DNA of 64,000 nucleotides from a virus (lineage: Duplodnaviria > Caudoviricetes): the IMG/VR virus record IMGVR_UViG_3300014204_000127, positions 32,001 through 96,000 of that record; one strand, 5' to 3'. The notes beneath the pieces are model-generated. The model was not told the DNA's origin. It made no database searches and saw only the letters and a program-made list of their open reading frames with translations. The first letter of the stretch is position 1. Each line of letters begins with the position of its first letter. The translations under genes were made by a program, and so were the position numbers. Shown in pieces: positions 19,035 through 27,773 of this stretch.

Positions 19035-19529
19035 TTATTCCACTACTTTGACATTCTGTTTAATAAGTTTAACGGTATTTTCAAATGCTTTCATAAGCAA
19101 TTCGGGTTTGATTTCTAAAGGGTACACATTGCTAGCTCTTGCCATTCCAGCCATTACGCAATCCACAATAAGTTCAAGTACATCAACAAGATTTACATCA
19201 TCCCTAATACCGTCTTCTTGTAAAATGTGATGCCTATTGACTTTCCTGTGGTTGTCCCACCATCTAGTTTCTTTAAAGCCTGTTTGAAAATCCTTCAAGA
19301 ACCTGTCAATTTCTGAAAGTTTATCAAAATCATGCGATTGTCCGGCATCATGCAGCATCTTTTTAAAGAATTCCATACCCTTTTGAACATCTTTGATATG
19401 GGATATAGAACTGTTTTCAAGTGTCTCTTTCTCCACTTTATTCCAATCACATGTTCTTGTATCCGCTGTAGGTGACTTTTTAATCTCAATCATAATTTTT
19501 TCCTCAATAATTGTTAAACCAATTGCCAA
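19035..19529 (-). CDS. HD-like DUF5662-type protein
   Basis: HDFDK, HRKVNRHH, DVLELIVDC. Confidence 0.6.
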   Translation of the reverse strand: MAIGLTIIEEKIMIEIKKSPTADTRTCDWNKVEKETLENSSISHIKDVQKGMEFFKKMLHDAGQSHDFDKLSEIDRFLKDFQTGFKETRWWDNHRKVNRHHILQEDGIRDDVNLVDVLELIVDCVMAGMARASNVYPLEIKPELLMKAFENTVKLIKQNVKVVE

Positions 19530-20145
19530 TTCTTTTCATTATTGGCAACAATTGTCCAGTTTCTATATCCACATTCTTATTATTCAGCATGTGCTGCTTA
19601 ATCTCATCATAGGAAAAAGGTTCCATATTTTTATGACAATCTATGCCAACTTCCATAGATAGTCTGTTTTTTGGTGTAATATGCTTGCCGTGCGAGTGCC
19701 CAAACACATGCCATGTACCATAATGCATCTTATTCCAGGTATCAAGACAATAATGGCAACATTCTATACTTTTCCATCCACTTTTAAAACTTTCGTCCTT
19801 TATTTTGAAAGTTCGTATCTGAGAATAGCTTATAAATTCATTTCTAAGACTATACATAATATCATCATGGTTGCCCTCAATAAAATGAATTCTGCCATTA
19901 AGGGAATGAATTAGTTCTCTAGCCATTTCCTTTTTGTTATCATTAAGCCAACAAAAATCACCCAAAAAGACTACAAGAGCATTTTCAGGAACTTTGGCAT
20001 TCCATATGTCAACAAGTTCGGTATTCATTTCATACTCATCTTCAAACACCCTATTAGGACAGAAATCAAGTATCCTTCTGTGATAAAAGTGTGTATCAGA
20101 AGTAAAATATATAGGTTCGTCAACTTTTGTAAGGTTTCTGCTCAT
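19504..20145 (-). CDS. calcineurin-like metallophosphoesterase
   Basis: FTSDTHF, LGDF, GNHD, GHSHG; paralog of 2826..3446. Confidence 0.9.
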   Translation of the reverse strand: MSRNLTKVDEPIYFTSDTHFYHRRILDFCPNRVFEDEYEMNTELVDIWNAKVPENALVVFLGDFCWLNDNKKEMARELIHSLNGRIHFIEGNHDDIMYSLRNEFISYSQIRTFKIKDESFKSGWKSIECCHYCLDTWNKMHYGTWHVFGHSHGKHITPKNRLSMEVGIDCHKNMEPFSYDEIKQHMLNNKNVDIETGQLLPIMKRIGNWFNNY

Positions 20146-20336
20146 TTTTTACCAGTCTTAAATGTTTCGCAAAGGTTTATAAGTACCTCTGCTTCATATA
20201 TACTATCTACCATAACTTCAATAAAACAATTTCCATATCTTAGAGCATGGGAAACAAAAGTAATTTCCCTACTGGTGGGTTCTCTACCTAGAAAGAATTC
20301 AAGTTCTGTTTTAATTTTATCGTCATCTACTATCAT
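20142..20336 (-). CDS. hypothetical protein
   Basis: ATG 8 nt after a promoter -10. Confidence 0.55.
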   Translation of the reverse strand: MIVDDDKIKTELEFFLGREPTSREITFVSHALRYGNCFIEVMVDSIYEAEVLINLCETFKTGKK

Positions 20337-20344
20337 AATAAATA

Positions 20345-20373
20345 AGTATACTCCTCTTTCATTAGAAAGTCAA
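20345..20373 (-). promoter_or_regulatory. sigma70-like promoter
   Basis: TTGACT-17-TATACT. Confidence 0.7.
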
Positions 20374-21792
20374 GTATTTTTCAGCATATCTTTTATCATG
20401 TTTTTCTATTTCCCTTATGCCTGATGATGATATATGTTCATATTCTGGCTTTGAAAAATAATAGGCAAATTTGATATTTGGAAGGATATCTTTGCAATAC
20501 TTGGCAAAATCCTTTTCATATTCATAATCTTTAACATTTCTTATGCCTCGTATAATAGTAACATCATAGGGCAAAGTAGCAAGATAATCAACCAACATAC
20601 CACTATATGTTGTATACTCATAACTATTTATAACAATATCTGGTATAGGATATGATGGTGTTTGTTTTGCATCATTACACCCCCTGCTTACTATTACTTT
20701 ATCAAAATCCTGCTCTGCCTGTGTCAAAATATCATAATGCCCTATATGAAATGGATTAAAACTTCCTACAAACATACCAATTTTGTATCGTCTGTTGTTA
20801 ATATAAGCAACCAACTTTTGCACATTTTCACAAATAATTGGCCTATTTTCAGCAGCCTTCAAAACCGATTCTAAAAATTTAATTCTTTCTTTTTTATAAA
20901 CATCCAAATGACATTTGGAAAATTCTGTAAATATGTTTCTCTCATATTTATACAGTTGTTCATCATTTTCCTCAAGAAACACATGCCAGTCAAGTGCCTG
21001 AATTTGGTTCATATTATTAAAATCAGGGATTCCCTTAGTGGACATAATTAAATTAACCATATCATCTACTTCTGGACACCCACCATACTTTGATTTAACA
21101 ACATTTGTCGCATAATCTTCATGGGAAGCCCCATACACTCGTTTGGCATAGCATATATCATGATAAATAATGGCATGTACCAATGCTATGTCCAATGATG
21201 ACATTTTTGACAACATTTTCATAGGGTGTATTATGTTGTGATAAGCATTATCAACCAGTGCTTTGTTTCTGGTATATTCTGCAAATAACAAGGGAAATGT
21301 GGCAAATGCCGTTTTGGTAGTCACCTGATTATAAACAGGGAAATCCTTCTGAAGTTCCAACATATTGGCTACAAAATTGTCAGAATGCTTGTAAGGTTTC
21401 TGTATCTCGCCAACTATCGTAAAAATATCAGTACAAAGATTTTGTAATCTGATATCCTGATGAATATTGGCACATTCTATTAGAATATAGTTGCGCTTGG
21501 TTTCGGTTACTAGAGTAAATATCTCGGAAAACATGGAGGTCTTTATTTTGCTAAGTACTTTATTAATAAGTTCTTGTGTTTCTATTGCAAGAGTTTCTTT
21601 AAATATATTAGGATATCTTTGCAGATACCCCTTTATTTCCCCAACTTCATGCATATCTTTTGTATACTTCTTGGCAATACTATCACAATCTATGTGCAGT
21701 ACAGAGTCAAATGCAGACAGTTTTTTGCACAAAGTGCTCTTTCCACTGCCCATTTTACCATTAATTCCAATAATTATTTTATCTTTAATCAT
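20362..21792 (-). CDS. fusion: dephospho-CoA kinase-like + HD domain + phosphopantetheine adenylyltransferase (CoaD)
   Basis: GINGKMGSGKST..IDCDSIA; YH..H..IYHD; GSFNPFHIGH, IRGIRN.KDYEYE, ISSSGIRE. Confidence 0.85.
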   Translation of the reverse strand: MIKDKIIIGINGKMGSGKSTLCKKLSAFDSVLHIDCDSIAKKYTKDMHEVGEIKGYLQRYPNIFKETLAIETQELINKVLSKIKTSMFSEIFTLVTETKRNYILIECANIHQDIRLQNLCTDIFTIVGEIQKPYKHSDNFVANMLELQKDFPVYNQVTTKTAFATFPLLFAEYTRNKALVDNAYHNIIHPMKMLSKMSSLDIALVHAIIYHDICYAKRVYGASHEDYATNVVKSKYGGCPEVDDMVNLIMSTKGIPDFNNMNQIQALDWHVFLEENDEQLYKYERNIFTEFSKCHLDVYKKERIKFLESVLKAAENRPIICENVQKLVAYINNRRYKIGMFVGSFNPFHIGHYDILTQAEQDFDKVIVSRGCNDAKQTPSYPIPDIVINSYEYTTYSGMLVDYLATLPYDVTIIRGIRNVKDYEYEKDFAKYCKDILPNIKFAYYFSKPEYEHISSSGIREIEKHDKRYAEKYLTF

Positions 21793-22166
21793 TCCAAAAT
21801 ACCTCTTTTATGTTCGATTATCTGCATTTTGCCCCCAAATCCATTTTTAATAGCCGGAATAACATCATATGGGTTCTTTGTTCCACACAAAAATACATCC
21901 AATGCCGCATAATTTATTTCAGGCCACGTATGTATACTAATATGGGATTCGCTTAGTATACCTACACTGGTTAGTCCGGAATCTTCTCCAAAATGATGTG
22001 TATGAATGTGTAGCAATGTTGCATCAGCATCTTTAATTGCCTGTTTTAATACCAATTCCACATGTTCAACATTATTAAGATTCTTTGCATCCCATAGTTC
22101 TATAATAAGGTGTCTGCCTGCAAAATAATGATGTGCATCCTTGCCTATGTATTTTTTGTCTTTCAT
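21789..22166 (-). CDS. speD: S-adenosylmethionine decarboxylase proenzyme
   Basis: GRHLIIEL, LSESHISIHTWPE, AALDVFLCG. Confidence 0.93.
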   Translation of the reverse strand: MKDKKYIGKDAHHYFAGRHLIIELWDAKNLNNVEHVELVLKQAIKDADATLLHIHTHHFGEDSGLTSVGILSESHISIHTWPEINYAALDVFLCGTKNPYDVIPAIKNGFGGKMQIIEHKRGILE

Positions 22167-22169
22167 TTT

Positions 22170-23408
22170 TTATCCTTTTAAAAATTCTATTATATCACAA
22201 AGTTTTTTATTTTCAAGCACCATATTCTGCAATTCTGCTACAGTTGTTTGTTTTTTTATCTCAAACTTACCATATTTTTCATTTGTAAAGAAGGATTTGG
22301 CAAACTGTTTAAAAATTTCAAAAGTTACATATGAAACATGCACCTTTAAGTCTATTCTGCCTGGCCTGAGCAAAGCAGGGTCAAGTTTATCTATATGATT
22401 TGTGGTAGCAATTAGTATCCTGCCATGTGATGAAAACAACCCATCAAGGGAGTTCAATATACTAGATATATTTAAAAGGCTATCCACAAATCCAGTCCTA
22501 TCCTCTTGTTCGGTATTATAAACCTCTTTGACTATATGTGGGTTTTCTGGTGTTGTTAATCGTTTTTCTTTTCTTTTATGAGTTATTTTATTACCATCTA
22601 TATCTTCTATGACCAGTATAGACTTGTCTGGCAATCTGGACACTAATCCTCCTATTTTATAAAGACTGTCACAATCAAGATAGTATATGGCATAGTCAAG
22701 ATAAGATGCAATTGCTTTTATAAGGCTTGTCTTTCCTGTTCCGGGTTCCCCATACAATAGTATACCAAGTTGATAGGGGATGCCCTTATCGGTATACCAT
22801 TTCTCATTTTTTACAAAAGAATCTATTCTGCTTACAATACTGTTCCTTTTTTCTTTTTCCAGAAAAATGGTATTAAAATCCCTTTTATTGATGTCTCTAA
22901 CGTAGTACCAATCCCCACTGTTTCCCTTATTTATCTGAAGAATCTTACTGTTTTTCTTTTCAGATACAATAAATTCCTTCATAAGATTATCAAATATTTT
23001 ATGGCTTCTACCTAGTTTCTTTATTGCCAGAGTTTCTTTATCATATTCCGCTATACTCTGTGCATCTTTTGACAATGCTACTAATAATATTGTTCTATGA
23101 TATACAATAAAATGTACACCGTATCCGAAAGATTTAGTTGTTTTGCTATCCCTGCCCCAACGTCCATTAGTTAGTTTTATGGTTCTGTAATTTTTGTTTC
23201 TAAACTCATTTTCAAACCACTTTAATGCCAGATGGTATATATCATTCTGGCTGGTCAATGTAAGAGTTGTGGTAAAATAACGAAGAAATAGATTATATAT
23301 CTTGGTGGGCACATTTCTTAATAGGAATGTCAAAACACCTGCACCATATAGGCTTATCAATGACAAAGCTATTGGATTGCTTTTAAATGCTTCTACTATT
23401 TCGTGCAT
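22170..23408 (-). CDS. BCS1-like AAA+ ATPase
   Basis: N-terminal TM helix, WY..GIPY, LLYGEPGTGKTS, IEDID, LNSLDG, TTNH, LLRPGRID. Confidence 0.88.
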   Translation of the reverse strand: MHEIVEAFKSNPIALSLISLYGAGVLTFLLRNVPTKIYNLFLRYFTTTLTLTSQNDIYHLALKWFENEFRNKNYRTIKLTNGRWGRDSKTTKSFGYGVHFIVYHRTILLVALSKDAQSIAEYDKETLAIKKLGRSHKIFDNLMKEFIVSEKKNSKILQINKGNSGDWYYVRDINKRDFNTIFLEKEKRNSIVSRIDSFVKNEKWYTDKGIPYQLGILLYGEPGTGKTSLIKAIASYLDYAIYYLDCDSLYKIGGLVSRLPDKSILVIEDIDGNKITHKRKEKRLTTPENPHIVKEVYNTEQEDRTGFVDSLLNISSILNSLDGLFSSHGRILIATTNHIDKLDPALLRPGRIDLKVHVSYVTFEIFKQFAKSFFTNEKYGKFEIKKQTTVAELQNMVLENKKLCDIIEFLKG

Positions 23409-24082
23409 TATTTCAGCCTTTCTGTACCATATTCAGTAGTATGTTCCAATTCTTTTTTTAATGTGCCCATAATGGTCTTTTTCATGTTCTCAAAAAAAGT
23501 GCGAAGTTCTCCTAATGATGTTGTATAATTTCTAATTGTTTCTTTTACTTCAATATTATATCCATTGCCAATCCATTTATACTCTGATGCAGTTTCTTTT
23601 GTAACAAAGGTATCCAGCGACAGTCTGGAGCAGCATGTCAAAACCCCTTTTTGGGGATCTTCTACATTTGATTTGGCAAAAAGACTCACAGAAGGTGTAT
23701 TGGTATCCTCTTTGCCCCAATATTCATCCTCTTTACACAAAAGCCTTTCTATATTTGTATCATTTCCAAAAAATGCCCCCATTGCATTTGAAAAGCAACT
23801 TTTAAACTCAGCACCACCATCATCATAACTTATACCTCCAACTCCTTTTGCATAGTGTTTTGGATTTTTATTTTTTAGTCCCCATTTTGCAAAACCAAAC
23901 ACGGAAAAACAATGTGGGTAAATATTTATCTTTGTACTGAGAACACCCTTTGGAATCAAGAAAGAATAAAATATTTTAGATATCTTTGCATCATTAATAT
24001 TCCAGATTTGTTTAGAATTCCTAAGTGTACCCCCCATTAGAAGTGTGGTGGTATTAGTAGAATCCTTTACATTATATCTCAT
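23408..24082 (-). CDS. hypothetical protein
   Basis: 224 aa; ends TTEYGTERLK like the upstream deaminase. Confidence 0.65.
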   Translation of the reverse strand: MRYNVKDSTNTTTLLMGGTLRNSKQIWNINDAKISKIFYSFLIPKGVLSTKINIYPHCFSVFGFAKWGLKNKNPKHYAKGVGGISYDDGGAEFKSCFSNAMGAFFGNDTNIERLLCKEDEYWGKEDTNTPSVSLFAKSNVEDPQKGVLTCCSRLSLDTFVTKETASEYKWIGNGYNIEVKETIRNYTTSLGELRTFFENMKKTIMGTLKKELEHTTEYGTERLK

Positions 24083-24118
24083 TTTATTTCAGCCTTTCTA
24101 TACCATATTCGGTAGTAT
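23408..24118. repeat. 35-bp direct repeat (23408-23442 / 24084-24118)
   Basis: 33/35 identical: ttatttcagcctttct(g/a)taccatattc(a/g)gtagtat. Confidence 0.85.
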
Positions 24119-24461
24119 AATATACTGGAAAATCCCAATTTTTAAGCAATATCTGACATTTTATACAAGGTTTTGCTATCGCAATAGTCTTTGTTTCTTT
24201 CTTATAACGCAGTACAAACATATTAAGATTATTATACCTGCGGTTCAAGCACATTTTATATGCCTTTGATATAACCACTTCCTCGGCATGAATAGTAAAT
24301 TTACCTGAATTCGTGTTTCTATAAAACCTTGTATTACAAGCTGTTGCAAGAATTTCACCCCTGTCTGTATAAATAACAGCAGCAACCTTTCCCCGTCGTA
24401 CATTGGATGTTACTGCTGTTTCTATTGCCTTATTCACGATGTTTTTGTTTATCTTTATCAT
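24084..24461 (-). CDS. Zn-dependent CMP/dCMP-type deaminase
   Basis: IHAEE and KPCIKC. Confidence 0.85.
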   Translation of the reverse strand: MIKINKNIVNKAIETAVTSNVRRGKVAAVIYTDRGEILATACNTRFYRNTNSGKFTIHAEEVVISKAYKMCLNRRYNNLNMFVLRYKKETKTIAIAKPCIKCQILLKNWDFPVYYTTEYGIERLK

Positions 24462-24471
24462 AAGACAAACA

Positions 24472-24500
24472 AGTATATCATATTATTTTGGAAATGTCAA
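24472..24500 (-). promoter_or_regulatory. sigma70-like promoter
   Basis: TTGACA-17-TATACT, TGn. Confidence 0.78.
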
Positions 24501-24511
24501 ATAAAATATTC

Positions 24512-25126
24512 TCATAGATTGTAAATATATACCACTTTTCCAGCAGTTTCTTTATAGTATGCTTCACCAGTTGCCAATGCGTCTCTCAATCTAATGGCAT
24601 ATGGTTTTAGTTTACCCTTATAAAAGGTTCTAATGGCTTTATCATGGTATCTTTTGCCATTGTGTATAATAACTTTTGCACCTTTTATTGTACCCAAACA
24701 CTTAAAATTACTGGCTTTATATATGGTACCCTCGTGTCCATACTCCATATCAGCATATGACACAACAATTCCATCAGATTTCCAGTCCTTTTTTAGCATT
24801 CGTAGAGCTTTACCTATAAAATAGCTTTCTGTGTTCTTAGGCGTATCATTTATACAACAAAGTCTACGAAGCTCTATTATGTTTTCTGGATTATCAGTAT
24901 ATTTCTTCCACTGATTTGCCATAGCAAGCCTACCAAAAAACAAAGCCCCCTTTAATACATCTCTATCATAAAGTCCATAACAATAATCAGTTATACAACC
25001 ATTTATTGAGCCAGAGTAATGATTCTTTTCAATAAAAGATTCTATTTCTTTTCTTTCAACTTGTTTTACAATCCATGTACGAAGTTCACTCATTATATGT
25101 TTTTCATGTTTCCATAAACCATACAA
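24512..25126 (-). CDS. Mom-like (GNAT) DNA modification protein
   Basis: NHYSG, IELRRL, NTESYFI, VVSYAD..GHEGTIYKASNF. Confidence 0.8.
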   Translation of the reverse strand: MYGLWKHEKHIMSELRTWIVKQVERKEIESFIEKNHYSGSINGCITDYCYGLYDRDVLKGALFFGRLAMANQWKKYTDNPENIIELRRLCCINDTPKNTESYFIGKALRMLKKDWKSDGIVVSYADMEYGHEGTIYKASNFKCLGTIKGAKVIIHNGKRYHDKAIRTFYKGKLKPYAIRLRDALATGEAYYKETAGKVVYIYNL

Positions 25127-25151
25127 GTTTAGATTAACTTATAAATATAAG

Positions 25152-25335
25152 CTACTTTAGAAAATAGTCTATTTCGTTCTGTGTTAAATTATCTTTTGCC
25201 ATAATATTTGCCCCCCCCTCCATGTACCCAAAAAGGATTTCCATTGGGAGGAATCCATATTCTATACCCACGGGGTTGCATTTTACCTGCTTTTACTTCT
25301 ATATCTAGTGAACTCGCCACTGGTATGTTATTCAT
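25152..25335 (-). pseudogene. small ORF possibly frameshifted at a G8 tract (25211-25218)
   Basis: MNNIPVASS...; one fewer G gives a 60-aa ORF that fills the gap. Confidence 0.45.
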
Positions 25336-25991
25336 TTTACTATCTCATATTCCATAAGTGTAGGTCCGTTTGCCATAGCAAAAGCATAAAAACGTTCTGG
25401 GGTGTCTATTAATATGTATCTGGTTTTTCCACTGCGTTTTGATACCTTTTTCTTGTCAGAATAGAACCATTCTACAAAAAATTCAATATCTATACCATAA
25501 AGATTACATATTGTCTCACAAATAATATCGGATGACAGTTCTATATTACGAACTACATGACTACCCATATCAAACCCAAATTCAATAAGTTCCCTACTTT
25601 TCTTGTCCAACGTAAGAACATTGTTTAACAGTTCCACAAAGTTTTCCTTTGTGGTAGCATTTGTAATCTCTTTTGTTGATTCCTCACAAGAACTTGCCGT
25701 GATGCCATTAACATTGTTTTTTGTCATTTTTGTTTCCTTTTTCTTTGAATTTTTTATATATCCTTTTTCCTTACACATGGGACTGGAACAAAAATAGGAG
25801 GCGTAATCCCCATTTTTATTTTTGCATAAAACAACCACAGAACCACAAAATGGACAATTTTTTAAGGCAGTCTTTAGTAGAGGTTCTTCCCTCTTTGTTC
25901 TTCCCATTGCCCGTAAAAGTGATGTTTGAAATGATACTACTTCTTTGTGGCCATTATGACTACAGTTTTCATATTCTATTGCTGCTTCCAT
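25332..25991 (-). CDS. hypothetical protein with Lar-like Zn finger
   Basis: LKNCPFCG..C....C. Confidence 0.6.
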   Translation of the reverse strand: MEAAIEYENCSHNGHKEVVSFQTSLLRAMGRTKREEPLLKTALKNCPFCGSVVVLCKNKNGDYASYFCSSPMCKEKGYIKNSKKKETKMTKNNVNGITASSCEESTKEITNATTKENFVELLNNVLTLDKKSRELIEFGFDMGSHVVRNIELSSDIICETICNLYGIDIEFFVEWFYSDKKKVSKRSGKTRYILIDTPERFYAFAMANGPTLMEYEIVK

Positions 25992-26013
25992 TTTTGTTTC
26001 CTTTTAATTATAA

Positions 26014-26084
26014 AGCTAGGGGCGGGAATCGAACCCACATCTCCCACTTGTTGTAGGTATTTTTCCGATTTAAACTACCCCAAC
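26014..26084 (-). tRNA. tRNA-like gene with aberrant anticodon loop (pseudo-tRNA)
   Basis: acceptor GTTGGGG/CCCTAGC, D-loop GG, T-arm GTGGG-TTCGATT-CCCGC; anticodon stem CCTAC/GTGGG with 5-nt loop AACAA; no CCA. Confidence 0.72.
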
Positions 26085-26092
26085 CATGTCAT

Positions 26093-26120
26093 AATATACC
26101 ACAATATTTTTAAAAAGCAA
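26093..26120 (-). promoter_or_regulatory. promoter for the tRNA-like gene
   Basis: TTGCTT-16-TATATT, TGn; 8 nt upstream of the cloverleaf. Confidence 0.65.
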
Positions 26121-26463
26121 GTACATTTTATAAATTATTTACATTTTTCATAACTATCATACACATCTTTTACAAAAAATCTATATTTTTCTATAATATA
26201 ATTGAGTTCATGTTCTTTGGCAAACTGTACATAGCTGACTATGTAACCACTATCTAGTTTTTCATGCACGTGTACCATTGTGCCATTTTTTAGATATTTT
26301 ATTGAACTATACAACATCTTTAGATTAAATCCTTATAATAATACAAAAGGTTATATATATTGCACTCACACTTGTCGCCAACAAACCCAGAAAAGACACC
26401 ATCCACACTGCATAGCAGCACCATATAATAAAATCATCATTCCTAGAAGTATTAACAGATGTT

Positions 26464-26955
26464 TCATTTTCCTGTACTCCCAAAACCCCCTTTTCTGTCC
26501 GTCTTTTGAACTGGTTTTTCGGATATAGTTTCTATGGTTATTTCATTGTTTTTAACAAGCCCCCCCTGACACAAACGGGTTCCTGATTCAATTTCAATAA
26601 ATCTATCAGTAGTATTATACATCTGGACAATCACCTCATGTACATAATCACTATCAATTATACCCACAGAATTGGCCAAAATAAGTCCTGTCTTTAGAGG
26701 CGTGCTACTGCGTACATACATTTTTACATGATATCCCTTTGGAATATCAAAAATATATCCAGTTGGTATAAGACAAATAGACTGAGGAGGGAGGCTGAAA
26801 ATATATTTTCCATTTTTCAAATGTATTAATCCCCTTCCCTTTATTTCCGAATTGGTGTTAAAATTAACAGGAATATCAAAACATGCTGAACCCTGTGTGG
26901 CTATTTTGGGTGTTTCTATACCCCCAAGCAATTTATAAACCTTTAGTGTATCCAT
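26464..26955 (-). CDS. dut: trimeric dUTPase
   Basis: SACFD, RSS, GIIDSDY, RKGGFGSTG. Confidence 0.95.
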   Translation of the reverse strand: MDTLKVYKLLGGIETPKIATQGSACFDIPVNFNTNSEIKGRGLIHLKNGKYIFSLPPQSICLIPTGYIFDIPKGYHVKMYVRSSTPLKTGLILANSVGIIDSDYVHEVIVQMYNTTDRFIEIESGTRLCQGGLVKNNEITIETISEKPVQKTDRKGGFGSTGK

Positions 26956-26962
26956 AGTTATA

Positions 26963-27313
26963 TCAATTTTCCTTTCCTACTATTTTTACTTTATATCCCA
27001 ATTCTTTACTTATTTCATTAACAGTCATTTCTTTTATGGGGTCAGGTTTTGGAGAGGCACCATCAAGTTCATGTGCGTGTTCTAGTACCCAATATGGGGA
27101 AACCACATAGCAATTTTCTGCGCTTCCATCCCATATTTTAAAAACCATACCACCACGCAAACTACACGAATTAAGCCATATAAATTTTATATCGTCTCGT
27201 AAATATGTTCCGGCATGTGGAATGTGCCATGCGAATCCAGCACTAAACAATGCCTCTTGGACTTTTTTAGATAATTCCTCATCTTTTCCAATGGGTATAA
27301 AATATTCTTTCAT
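26963..27313 (-). CDS. hypothetical protein
   Basis: VQEALFSAGFAW, EMTVNEISKELGYKVKIV phage motifs. Confidence 0.65.
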   Translation of the reverse strand: MKEYFIPIGKDEELSKKVQEALFSAGFAWHIPHAGTYLRDDIKFIWLNSCSLRGGMVFKIWDGSAENCYVVSPYWVLEHAHELDGASPKPDPIKEMTVNEISKELGYKVKIVGKEN

Positions 27314-27326
27314 ATCAATTTTCCTT

Positions 27327-27767
27327 TCATAATGCCAATAGCATTAACGCTTTTTTGTATTTTTCTATCTGACTATTTGAGGGGCTGTCTGTTAGATTGT
27401 CCAATATGTCAGCCGTTTTTATCATTCTTACCATTATATCACACTTTGTAAGTTCTTCAATATAATTCTCATATTTTATTTCTTTATTTTTGGTCAAATG
27501 TCTCACAAAATATAAAACTGTATCAGGAATGCCACTGTCCTTTAAAGACATTTCAGTGCATTTTGTGTCCTCAAGTACGTCATGCAACCATGCGGCAGCA
27601 ATAGCATCACTATCTTGTGTATACTTGGATACAAGACCTACAACACGTTCAGGATGCTTGATATAGGGTTCTTTTATACCAAACCTATTAGGTCGCCTAT
27701 ACTGCCCCTCGTGGGCTTTTGTTGCAATTTCTTTTGCAAATTCTACAATATCTGTGTTATTTTCCAT
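27327..27767 (-). CDS. HD-domain small alarmone ((p)ppGpp) hydrolase-like protein
   Basis: AHEGQYR, EPYIKHP, AAWLHDVLEDT, KTADILDN. Confidence 0.88.
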   Translation of the reverse strand: MENNTDIVEFAKEIATKAHEGQYRRPNRFGIKEPYIKHPERVVGLVSKYTQDSDAIAAAWLHDVLEDTKCTEMSLKDSGIPDTVLYFVRHLTKNKEIKYENYIEELTKCDIMVRMIKTADILDNLTDSPSNSQIEKYKKALMLLAL

Positions 27768-27773
27768 GTTATT

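Noticed and set aside
26014-26084. Amber suppressor tRNA explaining the TAG at 3753
   Set aside because: CTA lies in the stem, not in an anticodon position
26321-26467. Possible frameshifted small membrane gene after dut
   Set aside because: A second hydrophobic segment lies in another frame, but there is no homolog or long homopolymer support
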